Below, in pieces: positions 56,031 through 64,000 of a stretch of 64,000 nucleotides of DNA. The stretch covers positions 21,375 to 85,374 of the forward strand of contig CAZAXI010000002.1 in assembly GCA_964489045.1 (NCBI GenBank). The letters are read 5' to 3'. The position numbers were made by a program, and so were the translations under genes. A model generated the notes under the pieces. It saw only the letters and a program-made list of their open reading frames with translations, searched no databases and had not been told where the DNA came from. Each line of letters opens with the position of its first letter. Position 1 is the stretch's first letter. Source of the DNA: an uncultured Granulicella sp. (GTDB taxonomy: Bacteria; Acidobacteriota; Terriglobia; Terriglobales; Acidobacteriaceae).

Positions 56031-58046
56031 TCACGTTGTGGAACTGGCAGGAGCCGAGTCAGGTTTGCCGGTCGCGGAGCCGGCAGCGTCAGGGCCCGGG
56101 GAGCTGGTGTCGAGCTTATCCATCAGCATGGTCCCGAGGCTTTCGAGAACACCTTGATTGCTCCCACCGCCAACCACAAGGATCTTCGGCATGAAAGATG
56201 TATTGCCCACCGCGAGTGCCTTGATGGCATTCACGAGGGCTGTGGGTCCCTTGCCCAGCGCTTCAACCTGTCTCTGATAAGCTTCGGCGTTGGCCAATCC
56301 TACCGCACGAACTTCGGCTCCCCGGGCGGTGCCGGTGCGCTCGATGTAGGTGGCCTCGCCTTGCGCTTCCTTCATTCTGGCTTCGGCCCGGTTGGTCTGG
56401 ATGTCCACTCCGACCTTCGACTTTGCCAGGTCGACCTGCATGTCGGCAGTGCCGCGAGCCTTCTCCGTCTCGACGCGCTGGTCCTGGGCCTGTCGCTGCA
56501 TCTTGAATGTTTCCACTTCCTGATGCGCGACCTCTCGCTGAGTCAGAACCGTGACCAGTTGTTCGGGGTAGACAACATCCTGGATATAAACTCCCCTGGT
56601 CTCGATCTCGTACTCGGCAAGTTTTCCCTGGATGTAGGCGAAGGCTTGTTCCTGGACGCTCTGGCGCGTCTGGATAAACGTAATCGCTTCCATGCCGCCG
56701 ATCTTGTCGCGAAAGAGGTTGCCAACCGCAGCCTGGAGAACCTCGTTCACCAGGTTCTCCATGGAGCCGACCATGGAAATGACGCGCGGCGCCTTGGTAT
56801 CCGGCACATGAATCAGCACCTGCAGATCGATGCTGAACACGAAACCCTCATTGCTCTTGGCAATAATGGGCTCAAGCCGGGCATCCAGCCCATGGGCTCC
56901 GGTGACATCCCTCGCCCAATCGAGCTTGAGAATTGCCGTGAGCACGAGCTTGGCATCGTAGATGCGGGGATTGATCGGGTACTTCCCGGTCCGCAACGCT
57001 TCCTGCCAGATGCCCTGATGACCGGGACGGACCAGGCTGCCGAATTTGAATCCTGAGCCGGATGTGTCCTGGGTGGGCAATCCTACGTAGGCTTTGATTA
57101 CCGCGACCTGCCCCTGTTCCACCACCAGCATCGGCACTTGTTCCACGCGAACCAGGAATGGGTTGAGGTTGTACGCGCCATATAGCAGCGGATCGTGCTG
57201 GAGGCCAATCTTTCCACCCGCCTCCAGGAACTTCTGGAAATCCTGATAGTTGTTGTGCTGATCGTTCTTGCTCCCGAGGATCAACGCCATAAGCTGGAAA
57301 TCCGTGACCCCATCCTGCCGTTCGAACTCGAGGACATCGCTGAATCCGCCGAGGCGGCTGGCGATCGCGCCTGCGGGCAAGGGTTCGCCGTCCAAGGTGG
57401 TGACCACTCCGATCATGTCCAGGACCTTGCCGCCCTGGCCGGCTGGCATGGGCGCGATGCGCGTGACATCCAACTGCCAGGGTTCCAGGCCGAAGGCCAT
57501 GTAGCTCAGAGTCTTGCTGACGGCGAGCCTGCGGTACTCGTCGGACACCGGGACGCCGAAGACTTGCGGCTTGGTGATGACCAGGAAAGCCACGGGGTGG
57601 ATCGGCGCCAATGTGCCGGGAGAAAGAACCGGCCGCTGAACACCCTTCTCTCCGCCCTTCTCGACGAACGCGCGAAAGTCGGTGAAGTTACCGAAAGCCG
57701 AATCGTACCTGCCTGACTTCGCACCGATGGGCGTGGGCTTGCCGACCTGCGCGATAACGACGCCAATCTGCCCGGCCGGTACCTGCACCCACGGGTGTTT
57801 GGTGACCGCGTAAAGCGCCAGGAACTTGAAGCGGATCCCGGGCATAAGCAGTTCGGCCTGATAGCCGGCTTCTCCCGCAAAGGCTACGGGGTTGTTGCCG
57901 GGCAGCTTCTTGCCAAACCTTTTTCGTACCAGTCCGATTTGGGTGGGGCCAATGCTATAGAACGACCAGAAGACGACGACAATCAAGACCAACGCCAACA
58001 CGACCAACAAAACACCCATCAAACCACCACTTTCCGGCACCTGCAT
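56031..58046 (-). CDS. SPFH/flotillin-like membrane protein; start 58046 or 58019
   Basis: N-terminal TM, repeated VPAGQIGVV/GEKGVQ...L.PG units, SPFH core and EA/Q-rich coiled coil. Confidence 0.85.
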   Translation of the reverse strand: MQVPESGGLMGVLLVVLALVLIVVVFWSFYSIGPTQIGLVRKRFGKKLPGNNPVAFAGEAGYQAELLMPGIRFKFLALYAVTKHPWVQVPAGQIGVVIAQVGKPTPIGAKSGRYDSAFGNFTDFRAFVEKGGEKGVQRPVLSPGTLAPIHPVAFLVITKPQVFGVPVSDEYRRLAVSKTLSYMAFGLEPWQLDVTRIAPMPAGQGGKVLDMIGVVTTLDGEPLPAGAIASRLGGFSDVLEFERQDGVTDFQLMALILGSKNDQHNNYQDFQKFLEAGGKIGLQHDPLLYGAYNLNPFLVRVEQVPMLVVEQGQVAVIKAYVGLPTQDTSGSGFKFGSLVRPGHQGIWQEALRTGKYPINPRIYDAKLVLTAILKLDWARDVTGAHGLDARLEPIIAKSNEGFVFSIDLQVLIHVPDTKAPRVISMVGSMENLVNEVLQAAVGNLFRDKIGGMEAITFIQTRQSVQEQAFAYIQGKLAEYEIETRGVYIQDVVYPEQLVTVLTQREVAHQEVETFKMQRQAQDQRVETEKARGTADMQVDLAKSKVGVDIQTNRAEARMKEAQGEATYIERTGTARGAEVRAVGLANAEAYQRQVEALGKGPTALVNAIKALAVGNTSFMPKILVVGGGSNQGVLESLGTMLMDKLDTSSPGPDAAGSATGKPDSAPASSTT

Positions 58047-58287
58047 CTCCTCAGCGCTGAGTCGCTTGAATTGTACCCCTCCCTGTGGCGTGGCAAGATC
58101 CGTGCTGAGTTTCCAGCCGACAAATCGGATGGTTCTCCCCATTGGCCAAAATGGAGCCACACCCGTTTTCGCGAGTTTTTCCCGTGTTTTACCCGGTTAC
58201 CAGGGAAATGTAGCCAGGGAGCAATTCGCTACCGACTGCATGCACCGCCATACAGTCTCAGATTCTCTATTTCCGCCATCCAATCTC

Positions 58288-58746
58288 TCACTGCGTCGGT
58301 GCTGACTGTGCCGGCGCTACCGGCTTTCTAACGCGCCTTCGGACAGCGGGTCCGCTGCCCACGGAGCCGCTCTGCGCAAATGCAGGCGGAGCTGTTATCG
58401 CCGCGATCACCGGCAGTAGTGCCGCGGCCGCCAGACCGATCTTTCCAATCATCTCCCTCCGCGACGGGCCCACCATGCCGCCTTCCAGCAGACCCCTCTC
58501 TTGCAGCTCTTCGAGCGTCAGCAGAACCAGCTCTTCGCTCACCGCAGACCCCAATTCCTTCGTCGCACAAGCTGCAATCTCTCCCACTGTGTTCCGGCCA
58601 TCGCACAACTGCCAGATGCACGCCGAGCTGGGGTTCAGGCACCATGCTCGATGAGTACGTTCGTCATAGATAAGAGTCTCCGCTTCGACTTCCCGGAGGG
58701 TGATGCAATCATCCTGAAGCTTGCGAGGCTGCAACGTCGATGTCAT
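58288..58746 (-). CDS. PqqD/RRE domain fused to a twin-arginine-like signal and a short peptide
   Basis: ETLIYD...AWCLNPSSACIWQLCDG..TV.EI...LEELQERGLL (PqqD fold), then SRREMIGKIGLAAAALLPVIAAITAPPAFA-QSGSVGSG. Confidence 0.85.
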   Translation of the reverse strand: MTSTLQPRKLQDDCITLREVEAETLIYDERTHRAWCLNPSSACIWQLCDGRNTVGEIAACATKELGSAVSEELVLLTLEELQERGLLEGGMVGPSRREMIGKIGLAAAALLPVIAAITAPPAFAQSGSVGSGPAVRRRVRKPVAPAQSAPTQ

Positions 58747-58844
58747 TCCTGCCCCCTCCCTTGTTGCCGTTTAATCTCGGTTTCGCTTGCGACTCCCGTC
58801 GCTTCCTTCGCGGCCCAGGTCCAGCAGGGTTTCGATTCCTGGTC

Positions 58845-59696
58845 TCATACCGGCCGACCTGCTGTGGCCAGTGCGGCCAGCAGAGAGCGAGCCGCAACCG
58901 TCGCTTCACCCCGCTGCGATCTCCACGCCCTGGCATGACGCATCGTCGCAGAAAGCGTGGCGAGAGTGCGGCCCGGTGTTCGTTGCACCGGGGTGCTGTG
59001 CAGCAGCAACTCCAGCACAGCCCGCCCCGGCGTCACCGCTTCGGGAGCCCATCGCGCATGCTCGGCAAACTCCGCAAAGACAACCATCGAAACGCGAAGC
59101 GGCCCCGTTCCTGCTCGGCCGTCAAGCTGCTTCAGCGGAAGCGGAACCTGGTCCGGTGCACCCGGCCGCCGCATCCGGATGTCCCGCGTGAACGGATGCA
59201 CCCTCCCTTCCGAATCGAGCAGGGCGAACTCATCGGAGTAGTACGTCGCGCCGGCGCGCACCAGTTCCGCCACCAGCGTCGACTTGCCCGCGTGGCTCGC
59301 CCCGGGCAGCAGCAACGCGCGATGTTCCCATGCGACCACGCCCGCGTGAAGAAACACATACTCTGGCGCATGCTCCGCCACATAAATCATCATGTGGCCT
59401 CCCAGCAGGATCAACGCATGGTCCAGCGTTGCGGCATTCTCCAACAGTTTTTCGTTGGCAAACAGCTCATAGCCTGACTTCCTCTGAGCGCGGCACAGCG
59501 CAAACCTTCGCGCATCGGCCGGCAATCTGTCGCTCGGCACTGAGCCATGCGGCGCGTGTTTCTTCATCAGATCGAGCAGAGCGCGGCTCTCCGCGACGAG
59601 CCGGAAGGGGACGCCGTGCGAGATCAAGCCGGCGCCATGCTCTCCGCGAACAGAGCAAGCGAATCGAATTGCACCATGTTGACTCTGGCTCTGCAT
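58845..59696 (-). CDS. HprK-related P-loop kinase
   Basis: FLHAGVV, GASHAGKST Walker A, YYSDE. Lacks the N-terminal domain of canonical HPrK/P. Confidence 0.82.
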   Translation of the reverse strand: MQSQSQHGAIRFACSVRGEHGAGLISHGVPFRLVAESRALLDLMKKHAPHGSVPSDRLPADARRFALCRAQRKSGYELFANEKLLENAATLDHALILLGGHMMIYVAEHAPEYVFLHAGVVAWEHRALLLPGASHAGKSTLVAELVRAGATYYSDEFALLDSEGRVHPFTRDIRMRRPGAPDQVPLPLKQLDGRAGTGPLRVSMVVFAEFAEHARWAPEAVTPGRAVLELLLHSTPVQRTPGRTLATLSATMRHARAWRSQRGEATVAARSLLAALATAGRPV

Positions 59697-59741
59697 CAGG
59701 GTCGCCTGCTTCCTCGCTCTCTGCTTTCGTTCTTGCGTCTC

Positions 59742-61592
59742 TTACGGCTGTGCAGGCAGTCCGAGCACCGGCGTCTTCACCGAGCCTGCAGCACCAATCA
59801 ACTCCGTAACCGTATTGCCGTAGGCATTGCTGATCCACACGTTCCCGCTGGCATCGACCCCCAGGCCAAACGGACCATAGAGCGACGCATCGAGCCCATA
59901 GCCCGCCGCCGGAGAAATTGCCTGCAGCGTCGCTCCGTTAAGCTCGCTCACGGTATTGGCCCGGTAATTCGTTGTCCAGACATTCCCGCTGCCATCCGCC
60001 AGGATACTCATCGGCGTATGGACGCCGCCGGCGGCTGTCTTGCCGATGACGCTGCCACTGGAGCCGAGCTTGACCACGCTCGATGCTTCGTAATCGGCCA
60101 CCCACACATTACCCGACGCGTCGAACGCAATTCCCGCCGGCACAGCGCAGCAGGGGTAGCTGCTGGCGACGCCCGCCTGCGTGACCATCGCGACTCCGCC
60201 CTGGTAGGCAAACCATCCGTTCTGATTTCCATCAATGGCAACCGCCGTGGTGAAAGGCAGGGCGCCGGAAGCGTAGCCGGATGAACTGGAGATGGCCGTT
60301 CCATCGCTCGCCAGCAAAGTCGCCGCGGCGTTGGCGTAATCGGCCACCCAAATCTTGCCGCCGGACGTGGCCGCCACCGCTACCGGATAGTAGATTCCGC
60401 CGCCGCTGTAGCCCGAACCGGAAAGATCTGCGCCAGAACTGCTCAACTGGGTCACACTTCCTGTGCTGTTACCGTTCTCGTTGGTAATCCACACGGAGTC
60501 CTGACCATCGATCGCAATTCCAAACGACTCCTGCAGGCCCGTTGCCGCAAACCCATTCGCCGAAACCGGTGTTCCCGTGTTTGAGAATTCCGAGGCCACC
60601 CCCCCAAAGTAGTTCGCGACCCACACGTTGCCTGCGGAATCGATCGCAAGGGAGCCCGGAAGATTCAATCCGCCGCACCCCTGCAAGCAGTTCCCGAAGG
60701 TGGCCGAGAGCGTCCAGTCGTGAGGCGCAGTGCCCAGCACCGGCGTAAACGGGCTCGGTGCAGCGGTCGCAAATACTTGAGCCGGGTTGGCGCCGGGATT
60801 GCGAATAACACTGAGCGCCGCGTCCAGCGTATCGGCGGGTGCGCCACTCGACCCCGTCGCGGCGCTGAACAACTTCGCGCACGCCGTGCTGCTTACTGGC
60901 TGGTTGCAGGTCCACAGCGCGGCGGCCAGCGTGTTGAGCTTGGCCGTTTCCAACTTAGTGTTCGGGGGCAATCCCGGCCCCGGTGCGGTTCCCTTGCTGG
61001 TGTCCGCCAGGTTCGCTGCGGTCAGAAAAGCATTGCGCAATCCGGTCGCGTTGGTTGCGCTCGCGCCAATCGCCGCATCCGTTCCGATGAACTGTGCCAG
61101 CGCCCATGCCGCCGCCGCAGTAGTCACTTCGTTCATCACGACCGTGGTGGAACTGCTGACGCTCCCGCAATCGCCCAGCGCCGCCATCATCACGAGCGCC
61201 TGGTTGGCTCCGCCCGAAGCCGGACTCGCGTCTCCGCCGCGCCCTACCAGGTATACCTGCGTCGCGCTGCTGCCACATTGAAAAGCAGGGATAGAGAACT
61301 CTCCCGAAACATTCGTCGTCACGGTCTGCGTTCCCAGCAGGTTAGTCGCGCCCACCCCGGGCCCCGTGCTACCCGCCGCATAGAACGCAATCGCGGCTCC
61401 GCTCACCGGGTTTGACCCGCTCTCCATCACCCCGGTAAATTCCGCCGTCGGCGGCGGATTGGAATCTGTTCCTGTCATAGCCCCGGCTCCTCCGCATCCG
61501 GTGAAAAAACTCGCCGCGCTTACGGCAAGACACTGCGCAAGCAGCCAATATTGTTGTCGCCCCGTGTCGCGTTGAATCTGCGTGCGATTCAT
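59742..61592 (-). CDS. NHL-repeat lipoprotein
   Basis: Lipobox FTGC and repeated P..lAiD..GNvWv.N units. Confidence 0.85.
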   Translation of the reverse strand: MNRTQIQRDTGRQQYWLLAQCLAVSAASFFTGCGGAGAMTGTDSNPPPTAEFTGVMESGSNPVSGAAIAFYAAGSTGPGVGATNLLGTQTVTTNVSGEFSIPAFQCGSSATQVYLVGRGGDASPASGGANQALVMMAALGDCGSVSSSTTVVMNEVTTAAAAWALAQFIGTDAAIGASATNATGLRNAFLTAANLADTSKGTAPGPGLPPNTKLETAKLNTLAAALWTCNQPVSSTACAKLFSAATGSSGAPADTLDAALSVIRNPGANPAQVFATAAPSPFTPVLGTAPHDWTLSATFGNCLQGCGGLNLPGSLAIDSAGNVWVANYFGGVASEFSNTGTPVSANGFAATGLQESFGIAIDGQDSVWITNENGNSTGSVTQLSSSGADLSGSGYSGGGIYYPVAVAATSGGKIWVADYANAAATLLASDGTAISSSSGYASGALPFTTAVAIDGNQNGWFAYQGGVAMVTQAGVASSYPCCAVPAGIAFDASGNVWVADYEASSVVKLGSSGSVIGKTAAGGVHTPMSILADGSGNVWTTNYRANTVSELNGATLQAISPAAGYGLDASLYGPFGLGVDASGNVWISNAYGNTVTELIGAAGSVKTPVLGLPAQP

Positions 61593-61607
61593 CGCTTGCT
61601 CCCCGTC

Positions 61608-62978
61608 TCACTGACAGTTAACGCAGTTGGCATTCGCGCTGCCGTTGATCGCAATGCCCGCGGGCGACGCAATACCCGCCCCCGTGAAGGGCGATCCGGC
61701 CACTGTTCCTCCCGTGCTGGTAAACGCGCTCACGCTGTTGGCGCCGCTATTCACTACCCAGATCACCCCGCTTGGGTCGATCGCAATTCCTGTGGGCAGA
61801 TTGAGCCCATTGCCGGTGAGCGACGTGCCTGTAATCGCCCCGCTGGAGTTCAACTTGTAGACGTCATAGACGCCACTATTCGAGGTGGTTACCCACGCAT
61901 TTCCGCTCAGGTCAATCGCAACTCCTGCCGGCGTTCCCCCGAGTGTCGTCCCCGAAGGCAGCTTCGGATTCCCCAGATTGTCGAAGAGCGAAACCGCCTG
62001 GCTGCCGCTGTTGCCCACCCAGATGTTGCCGGAGAGATCGGCAGCAATCGTCGTCGGATGGCTCAGGCCGCCTCCAGTGTAGTTGATCGCCACCGTCCAG
62101 GCATTTGGCGCCATGCCAAGTTGCGGCATGAATGCCGCAGTGCCTGCGGCTACGGCTTGCAACTGCGACACGCTCCGCGCCGGATTCTGTGCGATGTTCA
62201 TCAGCGCGGTGATCGTGTCGGTCGGAAACGTCGTGCCTGCCGCGTTCGGAGTCAACTCGAAGAGAGAGCCGCAGCTTGTCGATCCGACACCCGCTGTGCC
62301 GCCCGTCGAGTTGATGCACGCTTCGACCACATCGGCCAGCGTGTTCAGCGTAGCCGTCGGCAGGGTCGCGCCCGACGGAAGATTGCCGGGGAATGTGCCG
62401 TTCGACGTATTCACAACCTCGCTCGATGCTGCAAAGGCAAGTTGCAGTCCAGTGGCGTTGGTCGACGACGCGCCGATATTCAAATAGCTCGTCGTGTTGC
62501 CGGCCATGAACGGGGCCAGCGCCCACACCGCTGCCACCGTTGTTAGTTCGTTCATGTGGATATGCGTATTTGAGTTCAGGTTGCCGCAGCTTCCCAGTGC
62601 CACCATCATGGCCAGGTTCGGGTTGTCTGCCCCTCCCGTATCTCCCGCAATCGGATCCCCGCCTGTGCCCACCAGATAAACCTGCGTGCTTGCGGTCGGG
62701 CAACTATAGGAGGGAAACGTGAATTGGCCACCAGAATTCGTAGTGATCGGTGTTCCAAATAGCGGGGTTGCCGCCGAGCCATAACCATTGCCCTCTGCTG
62801 CATAGAGCTGCAGCGACATGCCGGTCACAGGTTGCTGGCCGCCGAACGCTTCCCCATGCGGGCCCGTTGCCAGCGCGAGGGGATTCTGAATCGCGCTTGA
62901 ATTTGTTGCGCACCCCGCCAGCGCGATGGCGCCCGCCGTCGCCAGGATGGCTGCCGCATTGATCCACCATCGCTTCAT
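61608..62978 (-). CDS. NHL-repeat lipoprotein (paralog of 59742-61592)
   Basis: Lipobox LAGC, shared QVYLVG.GGD, MNE.TT.AA.WALA.F and LNTLA motifs, NHL repeats. Confidence 0.85.
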   Translation of the reverse strand: MKRWWINAAAILATAGAIALAGCATNSSAIQNPLALATGPHGEAFGGQQPVTGMSLQLYAAEGNGYGSAATPLFGTPITTNSGGQFTFPSYSCPTASTQVYLVGTGGDPIAGDTGGADNPNLAMMVALGSCGNLNSNTHIHMNELTTVAAVWALAPFMAGNTTSYLNIGASSTNATGLQLAFAASSEVVNTSNGTFPGNLPSGATLPTATLNTLADVVEACINSTGGTAGVGSTSCGSLFELTPNAAGTTFPTDTITALMNIAQNPARSVSQLQAVAAGTAAFMPQLGMAPNAWTVAINYTGGGLSHPTTIAADLSGNIWVGNSGSQAVSLFDNLGNPKLPSGTTLGGTPAGVAIDLSGNAWVTTSNSGVYDVYKLNSSGAITGTSLTGNGLNLPTGIAIDPSGVIWVVNSGANSVSAFTSTGGTVAGSPFTGAGIASPAGIAINGSANANCVNCQ

Positions 62979-64000
62979 GGTTTTGCTCCGGTCGTTTTGT
63001 TGGCTGCTGCGGTTGCCAGCGGGGCGGCCGGCGCAGCGGCGCCCAGGATCCTGGTCACACTGCTACCGCCCTGGTTCGCAATCCACACGCTTCCGCCCAA
63101 ATCAATCGCGATCCCGCTCGGCGTCGACAGCGAAGAATCCGTGAAGCCGTTCGACGGAGAAAGCGCGGTACCGTCGTTGGCGAAGAGGCTGAAGGTCGCG
63201 TTATTGGCGTTCGTCACCCATATCTGGCTGCTGCCGTCGATGGCAACGCCCGCAGGCGTGCCGAGGCCGCCATTCGGTTCGACCGGGCTCAACTGCGTGC
63301 CCACCTGATTCGACTCGCCAAGCTGCACATACCCCGTCCCGACCGACCACAGGTTGCCGCCGCTGTCGACGCCGACTCCGAGGTTGGCGCCCGCGAACGC
63401 GCTCGAAGATAGAGCGGTGCCGTCTCCCGTCAGCTCGCTCAGGCTGCCACCGTTGTTGACGATCCATACCGTCTCTCCAGCCACCGTAAGCGTGCTCGTC
63501 GGCGCCGCCGCCGCGTATGCCGGATTGATCGGGCTAAACGACGCCGTGATCGTATACTTGCCGGGCGCAAGACCTGACGTCCCGGACGTGACGTTGATCG
63601 CCGATCCGCCGCCGGTGGGTGTCGCGCTGTAGGTGAAGTTCCCGATCGCCCCCGGAGTGGTCGTCGCGTTCAGCACCCCCGCGCCCGCATCTCCAGTCAC
63701 AATCTCTGCCGCCGGGGTCCAGTTGATCGTAGGTGTGGTCGTGCCCGTGCCCGCGGCCGTCACCGCAAACGTGTCGTACCCGAACACGGCACACCCGTTC
63801 CAGTCGGCGGGATAGTTCTCCACATAGACATCGAACGTGCCGGCCGTTGTAACCAGACTGCTGGGCACCGTCACCTGCAGTTCGTTCGAGTTCATATACG
63901 TGACCGGGCTGATGAAGATGCCATTGACATAGACAAACGAACCGGAACTGAAGCCCGTTCCTGTCAGGGTGAGCGGGAATGAGGACGATCCGGCGGCCAC
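62975..64000 (-). CDS. IPT/TIG- and NHL-repeat surface protein (3' part; start outside window)
   Basis: LTLTGTGF...V.VNG...LQVTVP IPT-like domain, NHL repeats. Its stop overlaps the next ATG (ATGA). Confidence 0.8.
   Translation of the reverse strand: MAAGSSSFPLTLTGTGFSSGSFVYVNGIFISPVTYMNSNELQVTVPSSLVTTAGTFDVYVENYPADWNGCAVFGYDTFAVTAAGTGTTTPTINWTPAAEIVTGDAGAGVLNATTTPGAIGNFTYSATPTGGGSAINVTSGTSGLAPGKYTITASFSPINPAYAAAAPTSTLTVAGETVWIVNNGGSLSELTGDGTALSSSAFAGANLGVGVDSGGNLWSVGTGYVQLGESNQVGTQLSPVEPNGGLGTPAGVAIDGSSQIWVTNANNATFSLFANDGTALSPSNGFTDSSLSTPSGIAIDLGGSVWIANQGGSSVTRILGAAAPAAPLATAAANKTTGAKP

Noticed and set aside
58258..58278. GATTCTCTATTTCCGCCA as a possible attR copy of the tRNA-Ser 3' end
   Set aside because: Only the last 8 nt (TTCCGCCA) match exactly, which is compatible with chance, and no integrase is present.
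58288..58746. PqqD as evidence for PQQ or lasso-peptide biosynthesis
   Set aside because: No pqqA/B/C/E, lasso cyclase or transglutaminase-like peptidase in the window, and the tail lacks the ExxxY motif.

Overview
GC-rich bacterial chromosomal window, most likely Acidobacteriota (Acidobacteriaceae-like). This assignment is inferred from the TIGR03435-type protein, the ECF/anti-sigma/B-box/DUF4097 operon, the NHL-repeat surface proteins and the repeat families. Left to right: (1) a polyhydroxyalkanoate locus (partial phaB, second SDR, thiolase, class III-type phaC plus a small partner subunit, phasin, phaR) with matching TGC-rich operators, abutting the 3' end of tRNA-Glu; (2) core and stress genes (tdk, MarR-ClC, sodC, two ECF sigma modules, YtrA-type GntR); (3) an 11-heme c/b cytochrome plus a monoheme cytochrome c; (4) a variable zone around ntrY/ntrX containing a diguanylate cyclase, a TraB-like gene, a TIR gene, a diverged copy of the ntrX 3' end, a TPR protein with two glycosyltransferase domains, a VapBC pair and a BrnT remnant; (5) after tRNA-Ser, a mosaic accessory region with a ~2,800-aa surface protein carrying a C-terminal internal lipobox next to a small beta-barrel gene, a pectin-degradation cluster, several gene remnants, an SPFH protein, and a co-oriented run of NHL-repeat (lipo)proteins followed by an HprK-like kinase and a PqqD/RRE-Tat-peptide fusion. 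The best candidates for undescribed systems are the RRE-Tat fusion plus kinase module, the internal-lipobox adhesin plus barrel pair, and cassette accretion at the ntrX 3' end. No integrase, transposase, rRNA or CRISPR array was seen. All family calls come from motif recognition by eye; no database searches were run.
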